DNA from: an uncultured virus (IMG/VR IMGVR_UViG_3300026549_000073)
Lineage: Duplodnaviria; Heunggongvirae; Uroviricota; Caudoviricetes; Schitoviridae
Virus record (IMG/VR): IMGVR_UViG_3300026549_000073
Length of the DNA: 64,000 nt
Strand: one strand, 5' to 3'
The number at the start of each line of letters is the position of its first letter. Positions within the stretch are counted from its first letter, which is position 1. Under the pieces are notes generated by a model. The model saw only the letters and a list, made by a program, of their open reading frames with translations. It did no database searches and was not told where the DNA came from. Shown here in pieces: positions 19,335 through 29,186 of this stretch. Position numbers and translations under genes: made by a program.

Positions 19335-19799
19335 ATGTTTAATTCAGCTATTGTTTCAAATACTTCATCATCATCAACTACTGCTACTCGTACAATTCCA
19401 GAATACTGGATGAACTCAGTTGTATGTCTATATGAGAGAGACGGTGATAATATCAACATTATTCAGACATTCTCAAATCCAGATTTAAATGGAGTACCTC
19501 TGGATTCACTGTTTAAGGTAACTGGTGAAATCACTGGTACTTCTCTAGTAAGCAGGGTTAGAAACCTGCTTAGACAGGACAATAAGGAGGTACTAGCTAT
19601 TCTAAAAGAATTAGAACCAGGTGAGAGTAAAACCACCCTTGAAGCTCCCATTGAGGATGAGGTTGCCGAAGCCTTCGGTATTCCTTTAGAGGAAGGACAG
19701 CACCTTGCATGGGGTAAATCCCTTTACAGAAGAAGCAAGAGTACACCTCTAGCAGAACAGCCAACAAATACTAAGGTATCTTTACATAGATACTTCTAA
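19335..19799 (+). CDS. N4 gp2-like ssDNA-binding RNAPII activator
   Basis: Ser/Thr-rich N-terminus, YWMN, GVPLD, LEPGE, RR and C-terminal F as recalled for N4 gp2; early position. Confidence 0.7.
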   Translation: MFNSAIVSNTSSSSTTATRTIPEYWMNSVVCLYERDGDNINIIQTFSNPDLNGVPLDSLFKVTGEITGTSLVSRVRNLLRQDNKEVLAILKELEPGESKTTLEAPIEDEVAEAFGIPLEEGQHLAWGKSLYRRSKSTPLAEQPTNTKVSLHRYF

Positions 19800-19806
19800 T
19801 CAAATT

Positions 19807-19836
19807 GGGAGGAGAAATCCTCCCTTTTATTTTTTG
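19807..19836 (+). terminator. Intrinsic terminator
   Basis: GGGAGGA-gaaa-TCCTCCC followed by a T tract. Confidence 0.85.
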
Positions 19837-19860
19837 ATTAGATAGTTCATAGGTACTTAT

Positions 19861-20211
19861 ATGAAAGATTTAGATACAGTATTACAAGAAATGGTTATTA
19901 ATTATGCTTTAGTAGCAGAAGACTCTACTGCTAAAGTTCAACAGTTATCTCAAAATAGAACCAAGGAACAAGAAGAAGCCTATCAGTGGGCTATGTATGA
20001 CCAAGATAGTGCTCATTATTTATCAGATATGGCATCTAGGTTCTATAGAATCTATATGTCTGTTAAAGGGCGTGAAGACCCAATTAAAGAAATATATAAA
20101 CGAATTGATTGGGGAGATGAAGAGTATCATGAAATTACTTTATATCTATTACCATTCTTAAAAGAATACTACAACACTGATGAACAAGGAGTATATGACC
20201 ATATATTATGA
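19861..20211 (+). CDS. Hypothetical early protein
   Basis: ORF in an overlapping operon. Confidence 0.7.
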   Translation: MKDLDTVLQEMVINYALVAEDSTAKVQQLSQNRTKEQEEAYQWAMYDQDSAHYLSDMASRFYRIYMSVKGREDPIKEIYKRIDWGDEEYHEITLYLLPFLKEYYNTDEQGVYDHIL

Positions 20212-20432
20212 TTATTGATATTTATTTAAAAGATAGAGATGAAATCATACAAATAGAAAGTAGTCTCTATAAGATTAAAGTACCTAGAGATATAAATCTA
20301 TTAGAGTACTTTATTGAAAAAGAATTAAAAGTAGTAGGTTTAACATGGTGTGCTACCTCTACACAATTAGATAAATTATTACAAAAGGTAGAACACTATA
20401 AAGCTTTAGGATATATTCCAATGGAGGAATAA
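20208..20432 (+). CDS. Hypothetical protein
   Basis: ATGA and TAATG coupling to neighbours. Confidence 0.7.
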   Translation: MIIDIYLKDRDEIIQIESSLYKIKVPRDINLLEYFIEKELKVVGLTWCATSTQLDKLLQKVEHYKALGYIPMEE

Positions 20433-20695
20433 TGTTAACAACGTTAAATGATGGTAAAGGTAATGATATTATCTATTTTATTTTAGATAAACCAAGTCAA
20501 ATCATATTAGATTATGTAGGATTTACTGAAACTTATAATGTTGAGTTTACAGAAGCTCAATATGAATATTTAAAAGCACTTCCTGAAGAAAGACTACAAA
20601 GAAAAATATTATCTTTATTGTGTTTAGGAAAGCTTAAAACAACTTTAGTTAAAAAAGAAACTATTAGCTGGCTATATAATTTAGAAGGTGAATAA
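20432..20695 (+). CDS. Hypothetical protein
   Basis: GGAGG SD, coupled start. Confidence 0.7.
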   Translation: MLTTLNDGKGNDIIYFILDKPSQIILDYVGFTETYNVEFTEAQYEYLKALPEERLQRKILSLLCLGKLKTTLVKKETISWLYNLEGE

Positions 20696-20899
20696 ATGAT
20701 ACTATTATCTGCTCTTACAGCTATTCATAATGATTCAATGGGACTGATTATTAACGAATATGGTAAGGAAAGAATATCTACTACAGTAAGTAAATTAACC
20801 TTTGAAGAGGTTAAAGAATACCTCGGTAGTGAAGTAGAAAGTATTCAATTTGATAGTACACGTAACACTATCATTATTAATCTTGATGGAGATTATTAA
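20696..20899 (+). CDS. Hypothetical protein
   Basis: AAGGTG SD, abutting neighbours. Confidence 0.65.
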   Translation: MILLSALTAIHNDSMGLIINEYGKERISTTVSKLTFEEVKEYLGSEVESIQFDSTRNTIIINLDGDY

Positions 20900-20989
20900 A
20901 TGAAGATAGATACACAGGAAAATATTGGTTTAGCAGTCATTGCGATTGCTACTATTATCGTACTTACCATGGAGTGGTGGTATGTATGA
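20900..20989 (+). CDS. Small membrane peptide, 29 aa
   Basis: MKIDTQENIGLAVIAIATIIVLTMEWWYV; GGAG SD; fills the gap between genes. Confidence 0.55.
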   Translation: MKIDTQENIGLAVIAIATIIVLTMEWWYV

Positions 20990-21293
20990 AGCTTGCTTTA
21001 TAACATGGTGGGGTCGTAAAGATAGGACCTCACTAACATTTATAGATAAGATAAAGATTAGGTTACATAAATCTAATCTTTATTTTTGTATTTATAGGAC
21101 ATATAAAACAGGTAAAACAAAGTATTGCATTACAGAGTATGAGCGTGAAAACCTATTAGGTTATGCTCCTGCTCTTATAAAATTTACTGAGGATAGTTCT
21201 TATCCTTATAAAGTTAAATTTTATGGAAAAACATATGCAGTACATAAATCAGGGAGATGTCAGGAATTATGGAACGATTACCCGCATATGTAA
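20982..21293 (+). CDS. Hypothetical protein
   Basis: Start reassigned to MYEACF behind GGAGTGG. Confidence 0.6.
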   Translation: MYEACFITWWGRKDRTSLTFIDKIKIRLHKSNLYFCIYRTYKTGKTKYCITEYERENLLGYAPALIKFTEDSSYPYKVKFYGKTYAVHKSGRCQELWNDYPHM

Positions 21294-21550
21294 CTATAGA
21301 AAATAATAAATACATATCCTGTATTGTCATAACTAACAGTTATTTAAACATACAGATGCCTGAGAAATTAGGTACACATATAGTAGTACCTAAAAATGGT
21401 TATGTATTTATAAAAAATAACTTACCTAAATTTGTTTATGTTAATGGTTGGCTTTATGACTGTAAAAATAAATTAAAACCATTAAATGTAGGTACTAATT
21501 GTAGTACTAAACAAATAATTAAATTATGGGAGGCTATGAAATGCTTATAA
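21257..21550 (+). CDS. Hypothetical protein, distant member of the tandem family
   Basis: Shares VxG(W/Y)LY and a similar C-terminal helix with the next ORFs. Confidence 0.6.
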   Translation: MSGIMERLPAYVTIENNKYISCIVITNSYLNIQMPEKLGTHIVVPKNGYVFIKNNLPKFVYVNGWLYDCKNKLKPLNVGTNCSTKQIIKLWEAMKCL

Positions 21551-21882
21551 ATTGTAAAGTAAAACCTTGTAAACAAGGAGTACTTTATATTGCTATATTA
21601 TCTTCAAATACAGGTGTATATACTGTATGTCATTTAAGTTATGAACCAGTTAACTTTTCAGGATACGCTTTAGTAGATGATAAAACATTTGAGGAATCAG
21701 CAGATGTAGTAGATGGTTACTTATATTCTAGTAAAGGAATATTGGTTCCTAAAGCTGTGTTATATAAAGATTATGATAAATGGCAAATTTATATACCACA
21801 TACAGGATTAAATACTACTTTTTCTAATGAACCAACTGAGAAAAATGTTAGAGTATTTTTGGAGGGATTACAATGTCTATAA
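21526..21882 (+). CDS. Tandem paralogue A
   Basis: CKV...YIAILSSNTGVYTVC...VDGYLYS...NEPTEKNVRVFLEGL. Confidence 0.7.
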   Translation: MGGYEMLINCKVKPCKQGVLYIAILSSNTGVYTVCHLSYEPVNFSGYALVDDKTFEESADVVDGYLYSSKGILVPKAVLYKDYDKWQIYIPHTGLNTTFSNEPTEKNVRVFLEGLQCL

Positions 21883-22238
21883 TATTTAAACCTCAAAAAC
21901 TTATACAGTGTAAAGTACGAGAATGGGGAGGTAAAGTTATATATATAGGTATCCTATCTATTCAAACAGGACTATATACAGTATGCCAAGTAAGCAATAA
22001 AAATGATGTATTCACAGGATATCAATTAGTACCTGCAGATACTTTTACATATACTACAGATACTGTAGAAGGATATTTATATTCTAAAGTTAGTGCTCCA
22101 TTAGTTCCTAGTGCTATCTTATTTAAAAATCCTACATGGAGAATATATATTCCACATTTAAGACTTAGTTCTGATTTTCCTAATGAACCAACAGAAAAGA
22201 ATGTTGAAGCGTTTCTGGAGGGATTAAATGCTTGTTAA
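21873..22238 (+). CDS. Tandem paralogue B
   Basis: CKV...YIGILSIQTGLYTVC...VEGYLYS...NEPTEKNVEAFLEGL. Confidence 0.7.
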   Translation: MSIIFKPQKLIQCKVREWGGKVIYIGILSIQTGLYTVCQVSNKNDVFTGYQLVPADTFTYTTDTVEGYLYSKVSAPLVPSAILFKNPTWRIYIPHLRLSSDFPNEPTEKNVEAFLEGLNAC

Positions 22239-22602
22239 AGCATATATTGTAGAATATAACTATATAGTACAAAGCATAGGAATACCTAGCTTAGATAATC
22301 AATTTGTTACTTATATAGCTATAGATGGTTTACCTACGCTTAGAATATTTAGAATGGGTGAATATCTTAAAATGTATACAAATAAGGAAGGCTTAGTATA
22401 TTTTAATGATGATGAATCTATGTCTGAATTTCCTGTAGAAGCAGTTATATATAGTAAACCAACTCTTACCTGTGATTCTAGTCGTAGTAATAGAAAATAT
22501 ATTTATCTTCCTAAATATAAATGTAGTTCTACATTATTTAATGTTAAGGAACCAACAGAAGAATTAGTTAAAAAATATATAGAAGGTTATAAATGTTTAT
22601 AA
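22228..22602 (+). CDS. Tandem paralogue C (divergent)
   Basis: VEAVIYS, IYLP, KEPTEELVKKYIEG C-terminus. Confidence 0.65.
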   Translation: MLVKAYIVEYNYIVQSIGIPSLDNQFVTYIAIDGLPTLRIFRMGEYLKMYTNKEGLVYFNDDESMSEFPVEAVIYSKPTLTCDSSRSNRKYIYLPKYKCSSTLFNVKEPTEELVKKYIEGYKCL

Positions 22603-23348
22603 ACCAAGAAATAAGTATAGAACAGTTATCTAATAAGTATCAGCTATTACCTAGATTATTTGAACTAGGTAAAGCAATAGTGCAAGATGCTGATACTGAA
22701 TTAAATAAAGAACACCTAGCTAAATTGCTAGGTTTTTTATTGTTATATAAGCAATGCTCTCCTTCTGTTTTAGCAGGTTTAATGTATAACACTATACCTG
22801 ATGAACAAGGCTTAGCAGACTTCTTAACAAAAGCTACTGTTGAAGACTTTATAGACTTCAATGGTAATAAATTTGTTACTAAGTTCTTAGTCAGTGATGA
22901 AGAACAGAAGAAGTTAGATATGTATTGTTATCCTTTACCTATGTTAATTGAACCAAAGGAGATAAAGAATAATAAACAAGATGGATATTACCTACAATTA
23001 AATACAGGTATTATCTTAAAGAATAACAGAACCAATGATGATGTAAACTTAGATTACATCAATAAAGAAAATAAGATTAAATTAGAATTAAATAATTATG
23101 CTGTATTAAATAACCACAATGAATGGTCATGTGATATGGCTAATCAAATGAATAAACAAATGTTTGATAGATTTAATCTAGCTCAGCAAGAGATATTAAC
23201 TTGCTATAAAGATAGAACATTCTATCTAACATGGAAATATGATAAGAGAGGTAGAAGCTACTCACAAGGCTATCATATTAATATTCAATCTAATGATTAT
23301 GGTAAGAGTTTAATTAACTTTAGCCATAAAGAAATCATTGAAAACTAA
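22593..23348 (+). CDS. RNA polymerase II subunit 1 (N4 gp15-like)
   Basis: YPLPMLIEP, FYLTWKYDKRGRSYSQGYHIN (DxRGR motif of T7-type RNAPs). Confidence 0.9.
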   Translation: MFINQEISIEQLSNKYQLLPRLFELGKAIVQDADTELNKEHLAKLLGFLLLYKQCSPSVLAGLMYNTIPDEQGLADFLTKATVEDFIDFNGNKFVTKFLVSDEEQKKLDMYCYPLPMLIEPKEIKNNKQDGYYLQLNTGIILKNNRTNDDVNLDYINKENKIKLELNNYAVLNNHNEWSCDMANQMNKQMFDRFNLAQQEILTCYKDRTFYLTWKYDKRGRSYSQGYHINIQSNDYGKSLINFSHKEIIEN

Positions 23349-23447
23349 AACCTATCTAATAAAAATCAGAGTTTCAACTACGAAATTCTGATTTTACTTA
23401 AAATGCCAATAGTGGCGATAACTGCACTAAAGACTATAGGAGTTTAT

Positions 23448-24632
23448 ATGCAAAAATTTACTGGATTAGAATACCTTCTGATTGATGTTGCTAACAACTT
23501 TGGATTAGATAAAGAGCCATGGGATAAACGTATCCAATGGGTTAAAGATAATGATAAGGACTTAGAAAGCTTTAAGAATAAAGCTGATAGTCCTAGTATG
23601 TATGCTGCCTCTGTAGATGCTTTAAGAGCAGTACAGAGAGGTGAACCAATAGGATATGGTATATCCTTAGATGCTACTGCATCAGGTACTCAGTGGTTAG
23701 CTATTCTTACAGGAGATAAAAAAGCAGCAGAGTTATGTAATGTTATTAACATTGGTTCAAGAGCTGATAGCTATACCATTGTATTTAATCATATGAAGGA
23801 GAAATGTGGTAACTTAGGTTTAATTACTAGAGACCAAGTTAAAAAGGCTATTATGGTGTCACTTTATGGGTCAAAGGCTAAACCTAAAGAACTATTCCCT
23901 ACAGCTATTGAACAGTTTGAAGAAACCATGTCAGAAATGATGCCTGAAGTATGGAACCTTAATAAGTTCTTATCAGGTCCTGCATGGAATCCTACAACAG
24001 ATGAATATACATGGGTATTACCTGATAATTTCCATGTACATATCAAGGTAAAAGACTTAGTAGAACATACTATAAACTTTAATGGCATTGATTATAAATT
24101 CTATACAAAGGTACAGAAACCTACTGATACAGGTAGGTCTCTAGGAGCTAACTTAATTCATTCCTTAGATGGAATGATAGTAAGAGAAATGGTTACTAGA
24201 TGTAACTTTGGTTCTGAAGTACAAAGAGTTAAAAATATTCTTAATAACTCTCTAATGTGCAGAGGAACAGAAGAAGATAATCAAATGGTTAATACTCTAT
24301 GGAATCTATATAAAGAAACAGGATTCTTATCTGCAAGAATCTTAAAGTATTTATATTCAGATAACATAGAATTAATTGATAAAGAACCAATAAAGAAATT
24401 AGTAGATAGCTTACCTGCTAAGTCTTTTGAAATATTGCCTATCCATGATTGTTTTAGAATCTTACCTAATTATGGTAATGATTTAAGACAGCAATATATT
24501 AACTTAATGTATGAAGTAAGTAAGTCTAATTTACTTAATTACTTACTTAAACAAATAGGTATTGAGGCTACATGGGTTAAGCCTTATGACCTAAGTGAAG
24601 CTATTTTAAATAGTGAGTATGCTTTAAGTTAG
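23448..24632 (+). CDS. RNA polymerase II subunit 2 (N4 gp16-like)
   Basis: LDATASG motif A, RDQVKKAIMVSLYGS motif B, IHDCF motif C; start MQKFTG behind AGGAG. Confidence 0.92.
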   Translation: MQKFTGLEYLLIDVANNFGLDKEPWDKRIQWVKDNDKDLESFKNKADSPSMYAASVDALRAVQRGEPIGYGISLDATASGTQWLAILTGDKKAAELCNVINIGSRADSYTIVFNHMKEKCGNLGLITRDQVKKAIMVSLYGSKAKPKELFPTAIEQFEETMSEMMPEVWNLNKFLSGPAWNPTTDEYTWVLPDNFHVHIKVKDLVEHTINFNGIDYKFYTKVQKPTDTGRSLGANLIHSLDGMIVREMVTRCNFGSEVQRVKNILNNSLMCRGTEEDNQMVNTLWNLYKETGFLSARILKYLYSDNIELIDKEPIKKLVDSLPAKSFEILPIHDCFRILPNYGNDLRQQYINLMYEVSKSNLLNYLLKQIGIEATWVKPYDLSEAILNSEYALS

Positions 24633-24672
24633 TGTTATTTTTTGTTGTGGGCTTTGCCCTAAAGAGAATTTT

Positions 24673-24912
24673 ATGTTTAATTTAGATAAAGATAATAAAA
24701 AGAAATTCAGAGAATCTATTAAATATCTAAAACGCCATGCAACCTTTCAGTGTTGTTATGGTGGTTATGAGATATATGTAAAAGATAACATTAGTATTGT
24801 ATTAAACAATACTGAAGTTATAGAAAATACATATCCAATAGACACTGATATTCATTTTATTATTAAAGATACTTTAAATAGGATATTCAAATGGATGAAT
24901 ACAACTTACTAA
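24673..24912 (+). CDS. Hypothetical protein
   Basis: 79-aa ORF. Confidence 0.55.
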   Translation: MFNLDKDNKKKFRESIKYLKRHATFQCCYGGYEIYVKDNISIVLNNTEVIENTYPIDTDIHFIIKDTLNRIFKWMNTTY

Positions 24913-25004
24913 TAGATGAAGATAACTTATCTGATTATATTGATGAACCAGATGAAGAATATGATGATATTCAATTTAAAGAATTAGATTTTAATGAAGA
25001 TTAA
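24891..25004 (+). CDS. Highly acidic 37-aa microprotein
   Basis: MDEYNLLIDEDNLSDYIDEPDEEYDDIQFKELDFNED; TAGGA upstream; terminator follows. Confidence 0.55.
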   Translation: MDEYNLLIDEDNLSDYIDEPDEEYDDIQFKELDFNED

Positions 25005-25039
25005 GATATAATTATAGTCACTTAAGTCCTAATTGATTG

Positions 25040-25078
25040 ACCCTCCTGAGCGAAAGCTTAGGAGGGTTATTTTTTTTT
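25040..25078 (+). terminator. Intrinsic terminator
   Basis: ACCCTCCTGAGC-gaaa-GCTTAGGAGGGT followed by a T tract. Confidence 0.85.
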
Positions 25079-25091
25079 AAAGAGTAACATT

Positions 25092-26153
25092 ATGAGTTTA
25101 GATATTACAGTAACACCAACACAAGCTAAAGAAATGATTAAGAGAGTTTTATCTAAGGGATTAGTTCCTTTAGTAGAGTCTCAACCGGGTATTGGTAAAT
25201 CTCAGATAGTTAAGCAAATTGCTCAAGAATATAACTGTGAGTTAATTGATGTAAGACTATCTACCTGTGATGTAACAGATTTAACAGGATTACCTAAGCT
25301 TACAGATACTGAAGCTAAGTTTGTACCTTTTAATTGTTTCCCTATTGAAACTACTCAAGTACCAAAGGGTAAGAATGGATTTATTCTATTCTTAGATGAG
25401 TTTAAATCTGCTCCTAGAAGTGTATTAGCAGCAGCCTACAAGCTAGTACTAGATAGAGAAGTAGGTTTATATAAACTACACCCTAAGTGTGCTATTGTCT
25501 GTGCTTCTAATAGAAGTGAAGATAACGCTATTGTTAATGAAATGGGTACTGCATTAACCTCTCGTTTAATTCATATTAACATGAGACCTGATATTGATTC
25601 TTGGTTCAATGAGATTGGTTATCCTCAGCAATATGACCCAAGACTATTAGCTTTCTTATCTTTTAATAGAGATAAGTTCTGTACCTTTGACCCAGAGGCA
25701 GAAGGTTCAGAAACATATGCTTGTCCTAGAACATATGAGTTTGCTAATAAGATTATTAAGGGTAAAGAGCATTTAGATGAATTAGATACTCAAATCTTAA
25801 ATGGTACTATTAGTTCACAGGTTACTGCTGATTTAGTATCTTTTATTAAAGTATTTAATAAGTTACCTAAAGTATCTTCTATTGCTGAGAATCCTCAAGA
25901 AGCTAAGTTATTTGATGGTTCAGAAAATAACTTAAAGTATGCTATTACAGCAGCACTTATTAGTCAGACTACCAAGAAGAATCTTAAAGCATTTATTACT
26001 TATTTAGATAGATATGATAGTTCTCCTTTAATGAACTTATATCTAAAAGCAATTAATGCTAGAGATAAATCATTAATAACTTTACCTGAGTTTACTAAAG
26101 CATTGATGAAATTAGGAGCTAATATTATTGATGCTCAAGGAGATAATTTCTAA
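25092..26153 (+). CDS. MoxR-like AAA+ ATPase (N4 gp24-like)
   Basis: SQPGIGKS Walker A, LFLDE Walker B, ASN, PRTYE. Confidence 0.85.
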   Translation: MSLDITVTPTQAKEMIKRVLSKGLVPLVESQPGIGKSQIVKQIAQEYNCELIDVRLSTCDVTDLTGLPKLTDTEAKFVPFNCFPIETTQVPKGKNGFILFLDEFKSAPRSVLAAAYKLVLDREVGLYKLHPKCAIVCASNRSEDNAIVNEMGTALTSRLIHINMRPDIDSWFNEIGYPQQYDPRLLAFLSFNRDKFCTFDPEAEGSETYACPRTYEFANKIIKGKEHLDELDTQILNGTISSQVTADLVSFIKVFNKLPKVSSIAENPQEAKLFDGSENNLKYAITAALISQTTKKNLKAFITYLDRYDSSPLMNLYLKAINARDKSLITLPEFTKALMKLGANIIDAQGDNF

Positions 26154-27283
26154 TGGAAGATAAAGACCTAAAGAAAAGACTAGATAATCTAGCTATTAAA
26201 ATCATAAGAGAACCTAATCTAGCTTTCATTGGGTCTTTCTTATTTAATTTAGAGATTGAGCTAGATAAGTCTGTTTCTACTGCTTGTACTAATGGTGTAT
26301 ATCTAAAAGTAAATCCTGAGTTCTTTTATAATGTTTTATCTAAAGAACAAAGGTTTTTTACTATTATCCATGAGTTATGGCATATCGCTAAACTCCATTC
26401 TTTAAGAATGGAGGATAGAGACCCAATGCTATGGAATATGGCATGTGATTTCCACATAAATTGGCTCATACAGAGCCAATGTAACCGTAGATGGACAGTT
26501 ATACCAGACATGCCTAAAGGGTGCCTCTATGACGAGAATTACGCCAATATGAGTGAAGAAGAAATCTATGATGAACTCTTATCTCATAGTAAAGAAGTAC
26601 CTGCTGATTATGAGAGTGATTTAGTTAAATCTTCTAAGGAAGAACAAACTGAAGCTCTCCATAAAGTAGGTAGCACCCTACAAATGGCTAAGAACCAAGG
26701 AATAGAATTAGCAGAGGGTTATAGCACATTCTTTACAGAATTTGTTAAGCCTAAGTTAAATTGGAGACGTATTCTAAGAAAATTCTGCACAGAACAGTTA
26801 GATAAAGCAGATTATACTTGGAGAAGACCAAATAGAAGGTATCCTACAGTATATATGCCTAGTTTAGATTATTCTGATACAGGTACTTTAACACATCTAA
26901 TGTATTTTCTAGATGTCTCTGGTTCTATATCTGATGATGATATTAAGTTATTTAATTCAGAAATTAAGGCTATTAAGGAAAACTTAAATCCAGATAAACT
27001 AACTCTTGTGCAGTTTGATACAAAAATATGTCGTACAGATGTATTTACAAAGGATATGCCTTTTAGTAATATAGAAGTCGTTGCAGGAGGGGGTACTTCT
27101 TACGAGGATGTAAGAGACTTGATACTGAAAGAGAAACCTACAGCAGCTATTATATTTACTGACTTATGTTGTTCTCCTATGCAGGAAGTCAGAAGAATAC
27201 CTGTTATGTGGGTAACTAGATACACAGATAGACAGTATCGAGAAAACCCCCTATTCGGAAAGATATTAGAAATTAAGGATTAA
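26153..27283 (+). CDS. Metallopeptidase-like plus vWA protein (N4 gp25-like)
   Basis: HELWH, WNMACD, WRRPNRR, DVSGS (MIDAS), GGGT, FTD. Confidence 0.85.
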   Translation: MEDKDLKKRLDNLAIKIIREPNLAFIGSFLFNLEIELDKSVSTACTNGVYLKVNPEFFYNVLSKEQRFFTIIHELWHIAKLHSLRMEDRDPMLWNMACDFHINWLIQSQCNRRWTVIPDMPKGCLYDENYANMSEEEIYDELLSHSKEVPADYESDLVKSSKEEQTEALHKVGSTLQMAKNQGIELAEGYSTFFTEFVKPKLNWRRILRKFCTEQLDKADYTWRRPNRRYPTVYMPSLDYSDTGTLTHLMYFLDVSGSISDDDIKLFNSEIKAIKENLNPDKLTLVQFDTKICRTDVFTKDMPFSNIEVVAGGGTSYEDVRDLILKEKPTAAIIFTDLCCSPMQEVRRIPVMWVTRYTDRQYRENPLFGKILEIKD

Positions 27284-27286
27284 CAT

Positions 27287-27469
27287 ATGGAAAACTTAAA
27301 TGAAATCTTAGTAAAGATTGATGATTTATCAGCTTCTTTAAAGGAAGAGTTAAATACTGTTAAATCAGGTACTCGTAATAAGGCAGCAGCTCGTAGAGCA
27401 CGTAAGCTTACCTTAGAGTTATCTCAGGTATTTAAGGACTTCCGTAAGATTTCTGTAAAAGAAGTTTAA
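27287..27469 (+). CDS. Histone H1-like (Hc1 family) small basic protein
   Basis: NKAAARRARKLTLELSQVFKDFRKISV fits the NKAAxxRARK...K.FRK.S pattern. Confidence 0.7.
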   Translation: MENLNEILVKIDDLSASLKEELNTVKSGTRNKAAARRARKLTLELSQVFKDFRKISVKEV

Positions 27470-27533
27470 CTGATTTTTTCATAATCTATGTTCAAGCCCT
27501 ATAATTTTATAGGGCTTTTTTAATGGAGTAAGT

Positions 27534-28208
27534 ATGAATTACGATAATGTAAATAATCCTAAGCACTATGCAATGGCTAATAAACACTTAGTATTAGAAC
27601 CTATTGATATTTGTGAAAAGTATTCATTCTGTCAGGGTAATGCTATTAAGTATCTATTAAGATATGAGAATAAGAATGGCGTAGAAGACCTTAAAAAAGC
27701 TTTATGGTATCTAAATAGAATCATTAATGAGAATTTAAAAATTTGGTATCCAGAAGGTGGCTTAGATAAAGCTTTAATTAAGCAGTATGAGAAGTCTCAT
27801 CCAATCGCCTATATGGTTATGGATGGTGTTATTCGTGGTGCTAAAGATGCTGTTGAAGCAGCTATTGCTAAAGCAGCAGAACCATTAGATAAAGCAGTAA
27901 AGACTGAATTAAATAAAAAGAAGACTATGCCTGAAGGCTGGTATAGTTTAATTGAATTATTTAATATCTTTTCTAAGGTATTAAAAAAAGGAAACACTCA
28001 AATTACTTATTGTGTATATCTTAAAGCTCTAAAAGAGTATGAGAACCAACCTTTAGAAGATGATGTATTAGCTTCTTATTTAAAGTTTATGCTAGAGACA
28101 GTTAAGGACTACTTAAAGACTCATCTAGAATCTTTAGATGATGTAGAGTACTTAAAGATTATTTATACCTTAGATGTAGAAGACATCATTAAATCAATTA
28201 AGGAATAA
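27534..28208 (+). CDS. DUF3310 (T7 gp1.7-like) protein with C-terminal extension
   Basis: DNVNNPKHY, GNAIKYLLRYENKNGVEDLKKALWYL. Confidence 0.8.
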   Translation: MNYDNVNNPKHYAMANKHLVLEPIDICEKYSFCQGNAIKYLLRYENKNGVEDLKKALWYLNRIINENLKIWYPEGGLDKALIKQYEKSHPIAYMVMDGVIRGAKDAVEAAIAKAAEPLDKAVKTELNKKKTMPEGWYSLIELFNIFSKVLKKGNTQITYCVYLKALKEYENQPLEDDVLASYLKFMLETVKDYLKTHLESLDDVEYLKIIYTLDVEDIIKSIKE

Positions 28209-28209
28209 T

Positions 28210-29106
28210 ATGGATATTCGTAATATTGTTAATGACTTACTTAAAGGTAAAGATATTGGTAACCTAGCTAACCAATATTTAGCAGAAACTGATAAGTTAA
28301 ATATTATTCATACCCCACAGGTAACTATCATTAAAGATTCTATCTTTAGAGGTAAGAGATTAACTACATTTCAGTTAAGATTTTGGAGAGCTATCTTACC
28401 AGAGATTACTAGACATAGATGCTTTAGCTTCTGTGTAAGAAGCTCTAGAGCCAATCCTGTAAAGAATATCCTTGAACAGGTTAAAACTAATCCATGGGGA
28501 CCTGAATCCTTTGGTTCTAATCAGTCAGGTATGGTTGCAGGAGAAGAGCTTACAGGTGATAACTTAACTCATGCTATTCTTGCATGGAAACTAGCAGCAT
28601 TGGGTGCTGCTACACAAGCAGAAACCTTAATGAATCTAGGAGTACATAAACAGGTAACTAATAGATTATTAGAACCTTTTACTTATTCTGATATGGTATT
28701 AGCAGGTACTGACTTTTCTAACTTCTTTATGTTAAGAGAAGCAGGAGATGCTCAACCTGAGATTCAGACATTAGCTAAAGCTATGCACAAAGCTTTAGAT
28801 GAGTCTACTCCTACTAAGTTAGAAGAAGGTCAGTGGCACTTACCTTATATCTCTGAGGAAGAATTAAATAATAAAGCATATTCTATTGATGATTTATGTA
28901 AGGCATCTTGTGCTCGATGTGCAAGAGTAAGTCATAAGTTATTTGATGGTACTACTTCTATTACTAAGGATATTGAATTATTCAATAGACTTAAAAATGC
29001 AGGTCACTGGTCACCATTAGAGTTTGTAGCTGTAGCATGTAATGCAAAAGACTATAAACTTTCTAATTATAAAGGGTATAATCAATATCGTAGATTCTAC
29101 AATTAA
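28210..29106 (+). CDS. thyX: Flavin-dependent thymidylate synthase
   Basis: EITRHRCFSFCVRSSRA, HKQVTNRLLEPF, AQPEI, ARCARVS, HWSPLE. Confidence 0.88.
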   Translation: MDIRNIVNDLLKGKDIGNLANQYLAETDKLNIIHTPQVTIIKDSIFRGKRLTTFQLRFWRAILPEITRHRCFSFCVRSSRANPVKNILEQVKTNPWGPESFGSNQSGMVAGEELTGDNLTHAILAWKLAALGAATQAETLMNLGVHKQVTNRLLEPFTYSDMVLAGTDFSNFFMLREAGDAQPEIQTLAKAMHKALDESTPTKLEEGQWHLPYISEEELNNKAYSIDDLCKASCARCARVSHKLFDGTTSITKDIELFNRLKNAGHWSPLEFVAVACNAKDYKLSNYKGYNQYRRFYN

Positions 29107-29186
29107 TCTACTTTGATGTTACTCATAGTTTGCCCTCCTAGTGAGGGCTTTTTTGTTTGTTTTGGTTTTATTAAAAAGGAGCAATT

